Assembly (NCBI GenBank): GCA_029858565.1
Contig: JAOUEV010000073.1
Coordinates: 1 to 15,391 of the forward strand
Length of the DNA stretch: 15,391 nucleotides
Direction: 5' to 3'
Origin: Nitrospirota bacterium
Lineage (GTDB): Bacteria; Nitrospirota; UBA9217
Positions 1 to 6,969 of the stretch are shown piece by piece. How positions within the stretch are numbered: the first letter of the stretch is position 1; the number at the start of each line of letters is the position of its first letter. The notes beneath the pieces are model-generated. The model searched no databases. It saw only the letters and a list, made by a program, of their open reading frames with translations, and had not been told where the DNA came from. The position numbers and the translations under genes were made by a program.

Positions 1-266
1 ACCGTGAACGCCACAAAAGCATTCTCGCCCATGTACGGCGCTATCGCGAACGGACGATTGGCATAGATGCCCATGAGCAGCGTGCCGATAAAGGCCGTCA
101 GGATCGTGGCGACCATTGAGGGGCCGAACGGCATGCCTGCGGCCTCAAGGATCTTCGGGTTCACGATGATGATGTAGGCCATGGTGACGAATGTCGTGAT
201 CCCGGCGATGACTTCCTGGCGGATAGTGGTGTTGTGCACTTCTAATTTGAAGTATTTACTCAGCAT
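1..266 (-). CDS. NCS2/AzgA-family purine permease (N-terminal part; runs off the left edge)
   Basis: Hand translation from ATG at 266 (GAGG RBS upstream): MLSKYFKLEVHNTTIRQEVIAGITTFVTMAYIIIVNPKILEAAGM...ANRPFAIAPYMGENAFVAFT. This matches the AzgA/PbuG-type N-terminus (E.AG.TTF.TMAYI..VNP.IL; AP.MG.NAF). Confidence 0.9.
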   Translation of the reverse strand, partial: MLSKYFKLEVHNTTIRQEVIAGITTFVTMAYIIIVNPKILEAAGMPFGPSMVATILTAFIGTLLMGIYANRPFAIAPYMGENAFVAFT

Positions 267-313
267 GGGCACCTCAAGAATGGATTTGCGTAGCTGTTTA
301 TTGCGACACCAGG

Positions 314-946
314 TCAATCATGAAAGGTGATACGGGAAATGCAGCCCTCGGCGCGAGACGATGTGTGCTGTGAGTTCACCTGGAATCGCAAACCGCTGAT
401 GTCGCCGGGGTCTTTGCCGAACAGTCGACGGAAGTCATCCTTGAGGTTCCGCGTAACTTCCATCCATTCCTTAAGTTTATTGGTCTTGTTCGCGACAACG
501 AGAATCTTGGCAGTGACGACCAAAGGCACAGAGAATTCGCCCTCCGTGCCGATAGGTGCATTGGTGTCCCAGATGTAATCGATCGCGTACCGGCCGCCGA
601 AAGCGACGACCATCTGCGCGGCCTGATCATCGGTTGAAGAATTCCGCAGATCTCCCTTAGGAGGGAGAACATCGGCCCGCCACCGGAAGGTGACGAAAGG
701 ATATTTATTAATATCGAGATCCATATCGCGCTGCAGGGAAAATGAAGAGTCAACACTGTCCAGGCAAATCGCCGTCGTATTCCCGTCGCTCATCTTGACC
801 ACCTTCGGTGTCCCTGATTTTACTTTGATTCTCCATTCCGCCGGAGAACCGTCGGAATTCAGCTTGGAGCCATCGAGTGCTTCAATGGTCGCGGCAGCGG
901 CACTGGATGCAACAAACAGAGCAACAACAAGAACACAGCGATACAT
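314..946 (-). CDS. DUF3047-domain secreted protein
   Basis: Signal peptide followed by DUF3047-like motifs (YP...F.WR, DD.AA...V.F, YIWD, W....RNL.DDFRRLFG.DP). ATG at 946 with GAGG RBS is preferred over TTG at 952. Confidence 0.8.
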   Translation of the reverse strand: MYRCVLVVALFVASSAAAATIEALDGSKLNSDGSPAEWRIKVKSGTPKVVKMSDGNTTAICLDSVDSSFSLQRDMDLDINKYPFVTFRWRADVLPPKGDLRNSSTDDQAAQMVVAFGGRYAIDYIWDTNAPIGTEGEFSVPLVVTAKILVVANKTNKLKEWMEVTRNLKDDFRRLFGKDPGDISGLRFQVNSQHTSSRAEGCISRITFHD

Positions 947-962
947 TTTCAACCTCGATTCA

Positions 963-992
963 AAGATAGCAAGTTCACCTACTAGTGTGCAA
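963..992 (-). promoter_or_regulatory. Candidate sigma70 promoter for the DUF3047 gene
   Basis: TTGCAC-18 bp-TATCTT with extended -10 TGn on the minus strand. Confidence 0.35.
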
Positions 993-1031
993 TCTGCGAT
1001 GAGTCAACTAAATAATAATTACGTCTTGAAA

Positions 1032-1088
1032 CATGAACACGGGCCTGACGCGCCGCATGGCGCGTCTCTGTCGAGGCTCAGGTTATTT
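1032..1088 (-). mobile_element. Integron attC site 1 (57 bp)
   Basis: Minus strand AAATAAC-CTGAGCCTCGACAGAGACGCGCCATGCGGCGCGTCAGGCCCGT-GTTCATG. Has AAC/GTT core boxes and imperfect arms with an extra C in L''. R'' overlaps the TAA of the cassette ORF. Confidence 0.8.
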
Positions 1089-1614
1089 ATTTGCTGATTC
1101 TGATCTGATCCATTTTGGGGATAATTTTGTTCAATCCCGAAAGAGCTTCATATATCATCCTGTTGTTTCTCTTATCTGCACCTTTTGCAATTTTATCGCT
1201 CGGGTAAGCCCGCTCTATTCTAATTATGTTTGCAGGTCGATTATCCCAGTATGGGCCGATGTTAATTACAGTGTCGGGATGATCAAAAGATGACAAACTT
1301 GTCCAAAAAGCACCCATATAGCATCTAACGCCGTTTGCGACAACGATAAAAGATCTACCATGGACACCAATATCTTCTACCGTTGGTAATTTCCTTTTTC
1401 CCGCATCCGTTAGCACAATCTCATGTTTATTCCAATCGTATGAAATGATATCTGCGGCAGTGATTATCGGCTTTTTATTCAGGATTGCCTTATGCAAATT
1501 ATCAGTCTTGTTTTCGGTTAGATAAATTTCAAACGTCGGATTTGTCGCCGTGATACCTAATCGTGAGACGATCAATAGGAATAGCAGGATTATTATTCTG
1601 TGACTTAATCTCAT
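1087..1614 (-). CDS. Gene-cassette hypothetical secreted protein (175 aa)
   Basis: AT-rich ORF with a signal-peptide-like N-terminus and AGGTG RBS. Bounded by GTTATTT upstream and its complement AAATAAC downstream. Confidence 0.85.
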   Translation of the reverse strand: MRLSHRIIILLFLLIVSRLGITATNPTFEIYLTENKTDNLHKAILNKKPIITAADIISYDWNKHEIVLTDAGKRKLPTVEDIGVHGRSFIVVANGVRCYMGAFWTSLSSFDHPDTVINIGPYWDNRPANIIRIERAYPSDKIAKGADKRNNRMIYEALSGLNKIIPKMDQIRISK

Positions 1615-1626
1615 GATTCACCTATA

Positions 1627-1685
1627 AAATAACACCGACGTGAGGGGCGCGGCTTTTCGCGACCCTCTCGACGGAGTCGTTATAC
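1627..1685 (-). mobile_element. Integron attC site 2 (59 bp)
   Basis: Minus strand GTATAAC-GACTC-CGT[C]GAG[A]GGG[T]CGCG-AAAAGC-CGCGCCCCTCACG-TCGGT-GTTATTT. The 13-bp stem is perfect once three extrahelical bases are removed. Confidence 0.9.
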
Positions 1686-1695
1686 GTCGTCATCG

Positions 1696-2235
1696 TTATG
1701 AAATGCGATAAATAACATTGTCGAAATTATTGTCATTCGCAACTTCAAGCGCTTGAAAGGCCGCAGGGTTTAATGATTGCTTTCTGTATGTGATATCATC
1801 CTCTTCATCTGAATGTCTTCCGTTCGCATTTGTGAAGCTCACTTCTAGTGGGGTATCGACAATGGCCAATATCCCTTTTGCGATATTCAGAGCGTCGGCA
1901 GTTGTATAAGCACTATCACCCCAAAAATCAAAACGCAAATCACTTACCTCTTGCTTTCTTGAAAATAGGTAGTGAATGAGAAAATAAGGAATTAGAATGG
2001 AAAGCAATGGTATCCAAATCACATAAATAACTACCTTTATTCCTACGGGGATTTTCCACCGAAACACTTTGAATAGCTGCTTGATCGGAAGAACAAGGCT
2101 TGAAAGTTGGCTGTTCCTATCAATTAATTCATATTGCGGGGTAGGAGTGGACCTGACAAGTTCTTTAATTTTGCCCTTTAAAATAGCTTTAGGGACAGAC
2201 GTGTTGAATTTGCAACTGAGAGTTACCTCGATCAT
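1696..2235 (-). CDS. Gene-cassette hypothetical membrane protein (179 aa)
   Basis: AT-rich ORF with a central hydrophobic segment (VVIYVIWIPLLSILIPYFLIHYLF). Bounded by GTTATACGT and ACGTATAAC. Confidence 0.85.
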   Translation of the reverse strand: MIEVTLSCKFNTSVPKAILKGKIKELVRSTPTPQYELIDRNSQLSSLVLPIKQLFKVFRWKIPVGIKVVIYVIWIPLLSILIPYFLIHYLFSRKQEVSDLRFDFWGDSAYTTADALNIAKGILAIVDTPLEVSFTNANGRHSDEEDDITYRKQSLNPAAFQALEVANDNNFDNVIYRIS

Positions 2236-2261
2236 CGCGATTCACCCTTATTCTTACCTAC

Positions 2262-2319
2262 GTATAACGCGCGCGTGAGGAGCGTGTTTTTCGCGACTCA
2301 CTCGACGCGCAGGTTGGCA
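2262..2319 (-). mobile_element. Integron attC site 3 (58 bp)
   Basis: Minus strand TGCCAAC-CTGCGCGT[C]GAG[T]GAG[T]CGCGAAAAACACGCTCCTCACGCGCGC-GTTATAC. Same architecture as attC2 and clearly related in sequence. Confidence 0.9.
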
Positions 2320-2355
2320 TTACTTCCGATCTGCATGCTCAGTTCTATTCCGCTA

Positions 2356-2865
2356 TTAACCGTAAGTTGGTTCCGGTATATTCTTCAAGACCCAGGGAGC
2401 AGTTACTATGAGTTCAATTTGAAATGCATCACTAGCAGGGTCGTCACCTACAGAAGGCTCAATTGGCAAATAAATGACTGGGCTAATTAAAATACCACAC
2501 GCATTATCGACCGATTCACCACGTTCAACTTTTGGAAGACCGACTAATTTTCTTAAACTATTTGTGAAACTTTTATGGCCCGCTAAAACTTTACCAAAGC
2601 AAACATGAGCCACACTGTAATAATGGAATCCAGGTTCTTTTCTCGCAGTATGAACAAGGTAAACTTCCTTTTGTATGTCTATGCCTAGCTTTTCATAAAG
2701 ATCGATAATCTCTTGAGGATAAATTTTGCTTTTTACAGCTGCGAAATTATCATCCGTATCGCTATTTGGTAATTCTGCAGGGGGAGGAATACTGATACCT
2801 TTATAGAAATTACGATTTTTTTCAAATTCATAATCGAGCTTCCATTTTTTGTAGGAACAAATCAT
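2356..2865 (-). CDS. Gene-cassette hypothetical protein (169 aa), first cassette
   Basis: AT-rich ORF followed by attC3, with an AAGGG RBS-like sequence upstream. Confidence 0.8.
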   Translation of the reverse strand: MICSYKKWKLDYEFEKNRNFYKGISIPPPAELPNSDTDDNFAAVKSKIYPQEIIDLYEKLGIDIQKEVYLVHTARKEPGFHYYSVAHVCFGKVLAGHKSFTNSLRKLVGLPKVERGESVDNACGILISPVIYLPIEPSVGDDPASDAFQIELIVTAPWVLKNIPEPTYG

Positions 2866-2888
2866 CTGAATTAGCCCTTTTTGATACC

Positions 2889-2953
2889 AGACAACCAGTG
2901 TTTATCTTGCCGTGCGCGGCAAGTAAAGTACGGATTTTCGTTCTTTACTTGCC
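2889..2953 (-). other. Candidate attI-like site with repeated GGCAAG(A)TAAA motif
   Basis: Minus strand ...AGATAAA-CACTG-GTTGTCT lies directly before the first cassette (compare attI1 CCCTAAA-ACAAA-GTTRRRY). Motif copies are at 2901-2911, 2918-2928 (inverted) and 2943-2953. Confidence 0.4.
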
Positions 2954-3133
2954 CTGCAAATATCGTGCATTAAATCGGTCGTAAGTTGTTTAAATGATTC
3001 TCTAGAGCCCAAACCTACGAATTGCGAGCCGTAACCTGCAAGCCCTGATGTCATCTGCTGTATCATGATTTCAGGAAGAATCTCTTGCTCGACGACTATA
3101 TCATACTTCCACTATTACAAACAACCTCATCTT

Positions 3134-3637
3134 TTACAGCTCCTTCAATATGACATCCCCTATCGGCTTCCTCTCTGCCATTCCGCCCTTCCCTTCCGGA
3201 TGCCCCAGCGCAACGACTGCCATCAGTTCATACTGATCAGAAAGTCCGCACAACTCCCGCACCTGCTTTGCGCTCTTCAATATCTCACCAAGCCAGACGC
3301 CTCCGAGCCCCATCCCGTGAGCAGCAAGCAGCATGTTCTGGATGCACGCTCCCATGGACTGGTGGTCCTTGGTCTCATGGTACATTGCTTCCTTGTCGAT
3401 GAATACAACGATACAGGCAGGTGCTTTGTCGATAACGTGGGAGTACTTGGTAAGCGATGATAGTTTGTGCAGGAGATCTTTATTCTGGATCGTAACGAAC
3501 CGCCAGGGCTGATTGTTCAGGCCTGAAGGGGCCATAGTGCCGGCTTTGATGATCTCCCGGAGCTGTTCCCGGGTCACGGGCTGGTCAGTGAATTTGCGAA
3601 TACTGCGGCGGGTATGAAGTCCTTCCAGAAGGTCCAT
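3134..3637 (-). CDS. Nitroreductase family protein (FMN-dependent)
   Basis: RRSIRKF, APSGLNNQPWRF and QNMLLAAHGMGLGGVW motifs. True start is MDLLEG at 3637 with a G-rich RBS; the upstream ORF extension is repeat-derived. Confidence 0.93.
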   Translation of the reverse strand: MDLLEGLHTRRSIRKFTDQPVTREQLREIIKAGTMAPSGLNNQPWRFVTIQNKDLLHKLSSLTKYSHVIDKAPACIVVFIDKEAMYHETKDHQSMGACIQNMLLAAHGMGLGGVWLGEILKSAKQVRELCGLSDQYELMAVVALGHPEGKGGMAERKPIGDVILKEL

Positions 3638-3668
3638 ATTAGCCCCCCAAAATAATATCAAAGGCATC

Positions 3669-3803
3669 TCGCGCAAAGCCGCAAAGTCGCAAAGTGAAAG
3701 CAACATCAAGTAGATAGTGATATTCTTGTAAGTCTTTTAGAAGATACAGAGGCTTGGTCTTAGATTCCCTTGCCTTTCTTAGCGCCTTTGCGGCTTTGCG
3801 CGA
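3669..3803. repeat. Intergenic palindromic element with arms of 3 x 8-mer (NCGCAAAG)
   Basis: gcgcaaag ccgcaaag tcgcaaag (3671-3694) faces cttagcgc ctttgcgg ctttgcgc (3778-3801). Perfect 18-bp inverted repeat at 3669-3686 / 3786-3803. Confidence 0.9.
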
Positions 3804-3837
3804 AACAGCTTTTTGCCTTGGCAGTTCCGTTCGGCTG

Positions 3838-4593
3838 TTATTGTATGACTCTTCTTCGCATCAACCTGAACGGCACCGGCGCCAGGGCCGTGGCAACGAC
3901 CACGATCCAGACGATGTTGCCGACAACGCCGGAAACATGGCCAGCGGAGAATGCCCGGCAGACGTTCACCAGATGATAGAGCGGCGTGAACCAGGCGATG
4001 CCGGCCACGGCCTTGGGAAGGGTCTCGACAGGAAAGAAGATGCCCGAGAACAGGAACAGGGGCGTCATGAAGAGCGTATAGAAGTAGCTGAAGGAATCGA
4101 TGCCCGGCACGAGCGCGGCGGTGATCATCGAGACCTCGGCGAAGATAAGGCCGCAGAAGAAGATGACCGGTATCGTGAGCAGCAGCAGCGGCGAGTCCAC
4201 AAGCCCGAACAGGGCGACCACGACCATGATCGTGATGCCGTACATGACGCTCTTGACCGCTGCCCAGGCAAGTTCCGCGGCCACCAGTTCGTCGATCCCC
4301 ACCGGCGTGGCCAGAATCGCGTCAAAGGTCTTCTGAAAGGTCATGCGGATATAGGTGCCGTAGGTACATTCATAGACCGCAGCGAACATGGACGACGAAG
4401 CGATGATGCCCGGTCCGATGAATTTTATGTAGGGCACACCGTTGATGTCGCTCACGAACACTCCCAGACCCATGCCCATTGCCACGAGGTACAGGATCGG
4501 TTCGATGAAGTTCAGCGCGAAGCTGGACTTGTACAGCTTGGTATAGACCGTCCAGTGCCGCTGCAATACTCTCCAGGCGCCCTTAATCCGCAA
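3838..4593 (-). CDS. ABC-2 type transporter permease (NodJ-like)
   Basis: Multiple TM segments with EP.LYL..MG.GLG, TFDAILATP, FSGIFFP and PLYH motifs. TTG start overlaps the ATPase gene end. Confidence 0.9.
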   Translation of the reverse strand: MRIKGAWRVLQRHWTVYTKLYKSSFALNFIEPILYLVAMGMGLGVFVSDINGVPYIKFIGPGIIASSSMFAAVYECTYGTYIRMTFQKTFDAILATPVGIDELVAAELAWAAVKSVMYGITIMVVVALFGLVDSPLLLLTIPVIFFCGLIFAEVSMITAALVPGIDSFSYFYTLFMTPLFLFSGIFFPVETLPKAVAGIAWFTPLYHLVNVCRAFSAGHVSGVVGNIVWIVVVATALAPVPFRLMRRRVIQ

Positions 4594-5314
4594 GGTTCCT
4601 CCCGGTCAGCTTGAGATAGACCTCCTCAAGGTCGCCGCTGTGCTCGCTCATAAGGTTCCCCGGACTGTCAATGGTCACGATCTTTCCCTGGTCCATGATC
4701 GCCACACGGTCGCAGAGCTGCTCGGCCTCCTCCATGTAATGGGTCGTGAGCAGCAGGGTCGTGTTCTTGAACTTGAGCTGGTTCAGCTTGTCCCAGACCG
4801 CTCGCCTGCTGTGGGGGTCCAGGCCCGTGGTCGGTTCGTCCAGGATCATGAGCTCAGGGGAGTTTACCAGCGCCCGGGCGAGCATCAAGCGCCGCTTCAT
4901 GCCTCCGGAAAGTGCTTTGATGTTCACACGGTCCTTATCCTGCAGTTCGACGAACTGAAGCAGCTCGTTCGCAACGGGAAGGGATTCCTTTTTCAGGATA
5001 TCGAAGTACCTGCTGTAGACTATCAGGTTTTCGAGCACGTTCAGATCGGGGTCGAGGTTGTCCTCCTGGGGCATGACGCCCATGCGCGCTTTTATGGCTG
5101 AGGGCTGCTTTGTCACATCGAGATCAAAGACCGCAACTGTGCCGTTCGTTGGCGGCAGAAAGCAGGAAATGATCTTCATGACCGTGGTCTTGCCCGCTCC
5201 ATTGGGGCCGAGAAAACCAAAGCATTCTCCCGGCGCAATGGAAAAGGAAACATCCTGCACGGCCTTGACAACGCCGTAGTCCTTTGTGAGGTTCTTGACT
5301 GATACGATATCCAT
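4583..5314 (-). CDS. ABC transporter ATP-binding protein (NodI-like)
   Basis: Walker A GPNGAGKT, signature LSGGM, Walker B LMILDEPT, H-loop TTHYMEEA. Confidence 0.95.
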   Translation of the reverse strand: MDIVSVKNLTKDYGVVKAVQDVSFSIAPGECFGFLGPNGAGKTTVMKIISCFLPPTNGTVAVFDLDVTKQPSAIKARMGVMPQEDNLDPDLNVLENLIVYSRYFDILKKESLPVANELLQFVELQDKDRVNIKALSGGMKRRLMLARALVNSPELMILDEPTTGLDPHSRRAVWDKLNQLKFKNTTLLLTTHYMEEAEQLCDRVAIMDQGKIVTIDSPGNLMSEHSGDLEEVYLKLTGRNLAD

Positions 5315-5428
5315 GAGGTCATTGACGGCGGAGACATCGGCCCGCGAAAAAGTGCTTTATTATAGCCCGAAAGACAGGATTAGAAAAGAGCAGATATCGT
5401 GCGGATAACATAGAACTGCCAAATCTTT

Positions 5429-5524
5429 TTATCTCGCACGAAGCCACGAAGGGTATCTTTAAAATCTGATTCAACTATTCCGGGTTGGTCTTTCTTCGTG
5501 GCTCCGAGGCGACCTGCGAGATAA
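5429..5524. repeat. Intergenic palindromic element with 8-mer units (NCACGAAG)
   Basis: ttatctcgca (5429-5438) pairs with tgcgagataa (5515-5524); agccacgaag (5442-5451) pairs with cttcgtggct (5494-5503). Begins with TCTCGC, like the element near 3667. Confidence 0.75.
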
Positions 5525-5557
5525 GCCGTTCTCAGTGACCATTCTATACTTAAGCAA

Positions 5558-6661
5558 TCACCCTTCAACGATCTCCGCCTCGATGACATCAACATCAACA
5601 AGCGCGGACTCAGGCGGCGGCAGGTTCCGGTCCAGGAAAATGTTCCAGATCCTGCTGCGGAGCGCTTCCTTATGCTGATCAGGACACTGACGGTACAGGA
5701 TGCGCAGCAGGGCCTCGATAGCGGCATAAGGTTCCGCTTTGATATCAACCACCCGGTCATCGTCGGCCAGGGTGAACAGCGCAGGGTAGCTGCCGTCGGG
5801 ATGGAAGAACCGCATGACCTTCACGACCCGGTCTTTTCCCAGGACGTCCCGCAGGGCAGTCAGCGAATCGTTCAAAGCTGATATTATTGCGGGAACGCTG
5901 TCCCGGAGGCTCGCGATGATGTCGAGACCGACCGGCAGGTTCTCCATCTTTTCAAGAAACTGGGGCACCAGGTCCCCGCTGATGACGCCTCCATGCTGCG
6001 GAGCTATCGCGAGCGGAGCAGGATCAAGTTTGCGGATCCTCGATACGGCCAGCCGCAGCGCATCATTGCCCGGCATGTAGAGCTGATGGAACGCCTTGAT
6101 GCCGGTCCAGCTTGAAGCCGTGGCCTCCAGGCTCGCGGCAGCGACACCGGCAAAAAGGTCCCCCGAGAAGAGGATGCGGGACTCCGGATCGTAGACCATG
6201 CAGGCGCCGCGGAAATGGCAGAACGGCGTCGGGACGAACTGGATCTTCTGACCTGTCGGCAGTAGGGTGCGCAGATCGCGCAGTTTCTCGACAGCATGAA
6301 AGTTCCTGCGGCTGATGCCGTAATACTGCGCCAGACGCCAGGTCTCCTCAGTCATGAGAACGACGATCCCGTCATGCATCTTCACGAGAGCGGCGGCGTT
6401 CGCGCCCACGTCCGGGTCCTGATGGTTCACGGTGATGGCATGGAGATTATCGATGCCGCCTATCAGGGACTTGACGTTCTTCACGACCGCTTCAAGATCG
6501 CAGGGCGGACCGGGGTCCACCAGCAGGTTGAAGATGCGGCCCTTCCCGCGGAAGGTCCGGAGATAGACGTTCCGCCGCAGGAACTCCCCTGCCGCGGTCC
6601 CCACCCAGTGAACGTCAGTTGCGATCTTTTTCGGTCCGAGCATGTTCACACTGTCAGGCAT
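5558..6661 (-). CDS. MBL-fold di-iron protein (ODP / FprA N-terminal-like) with C-terminal extension
   Basis: DPG, NHQDPD, PFCHFRG, FSGDLF, FHQLYMP and APQHG motifs. No flavodoxin motif is visible in the tail. Start MPDS at 6661 with GGAAAGG upstream. Confidence 0.8.
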   Translation of the reverse strand: MPDSVNMLGPKKIATDVHWVGTAAGEFLRRNVYLRTFRGKGRIFNLLVDPGPPCDLEAVVKNVKSLIGGIDNLHAITVNHQDPDVGANAAALVKMHDGIVVLMTEETWRLAQYYGISRRNFHAVEKLRDLRTLLPTGQKIQFVPTPFCHFRGACMVYDPESRILFSGDLFAGVAAASLEATASSWTGIKAFHQLYMPGNDALRLAVSRIRKLDPAPLAIAPQHGGVISGDLVPQFLEKMENLPVGLDIIASLRDSVPAIISALNDSLTALRDVLGKDRVVKVMRFFHPDGSYPALFTLADDDRVVDIKAEPYAAIEALLRILYRQCPDQHKEALRSRIWNIFLDRNLPPPESALVDVDVIEAEIVEG

Positions 6662-6706
6662 CGCTAACCGCCTTTCCATTCGATCAAAAAGCAACCAAAT
6701 ACCTTT

Positions 6707-6783
6707 TTTCGACACTGAGCACACTGACAAATTATGACAAAGCATGCGGGTCATAGCTTTTATCAGTGTCCTCAGTGTTGAAA
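6707..6783. repeat. Intergenic palindromic element with 9-mer units (ACACTGA core)
   Basis: tttcgacactgagcacactga (6707-6727) versus tcagtgtcctcagtgttgaaa (6763-6783): 19 of 21 positions complementary. Inner tatgac/gtcata stem. Confidence 0.85.
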
Positions 6784-6789
6784 TTGGTC

Positions 6790-6969
6790 TTATGTTTTTC
6801 TTTTCTGATCGTCCTTCTTGTCAGATTCCTCGTCATCATCATCGAGCATCCGGTACTTGGGACGTTCAGCGTCATCGAACTGTCCGCTCTTCGCGGCCCA
6901 GAGGAACAGGAACCAGGCGGCGAACCCGAGGCAGAGCGACAGCAGGATCAGGCTGACCAGGCTGCTCAT
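6790..6969 (-). CDS. ccoS: cbb3-type cytochrome oxidase assembly protein CcoS (59 aa; not in ORF track)
   Basis: Hand translation MSSLVSLILLSLCLGFAAWFLFLWAAKSGQFDDAERPKYRMLDDDDEESDKKDDQKRKT. Has the W..KSGQFDD signature and an ATGA overlap with the ccoI stop. Confidence 0.92.
   Translation of the reverse strand: MSSLVSLILLSLCLGFAAWFLFLWAAKSGQFDDAERPKYRMLDDDDEESDKKDDQKRKT

Noticed and set aside
314-946. DUF3047 gene as a fourth cassette
   Set aside because: No attC-like palindrome follows its stop (only CATGATT rather than CATGAAC). It has higher GC and its own candidate promoter.
1032-2319. attC palindromes as CRISPR repeats or terminators
   Set aside because: They are separated by whole genes, are non-identical, have no U-tracts and show cassette-wise complementary GTT/AAC boxes.
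2955-2970. sigma54-like ATGCACGATATTTGCA on the minus strand
   Set aside because: The invariant -24 GG is TG, and the spacing does not fit an NtrC-type palindrome either.
3065-3460. Plus-strand ORF at the position where a divergent intI would lie
   Set aside because: It is the antisense shadow of the nitroreductase and has no tyrosine-recombinase motifs (no RHxY / LLGH).
3838-5314. Assigning nodI/nodJ and Nod-factor export
   Set aside because: Family resemblance only; there are no nod biosynthesis genes here and the substrate is unknown.
6662-6789. ccoS-MBL fusion or N-terminal extension of the MBL ORF to 6754
   Set aside because: ccoS stops at 6790 in a different frame, and the extension only reads through the palindromic repeat.
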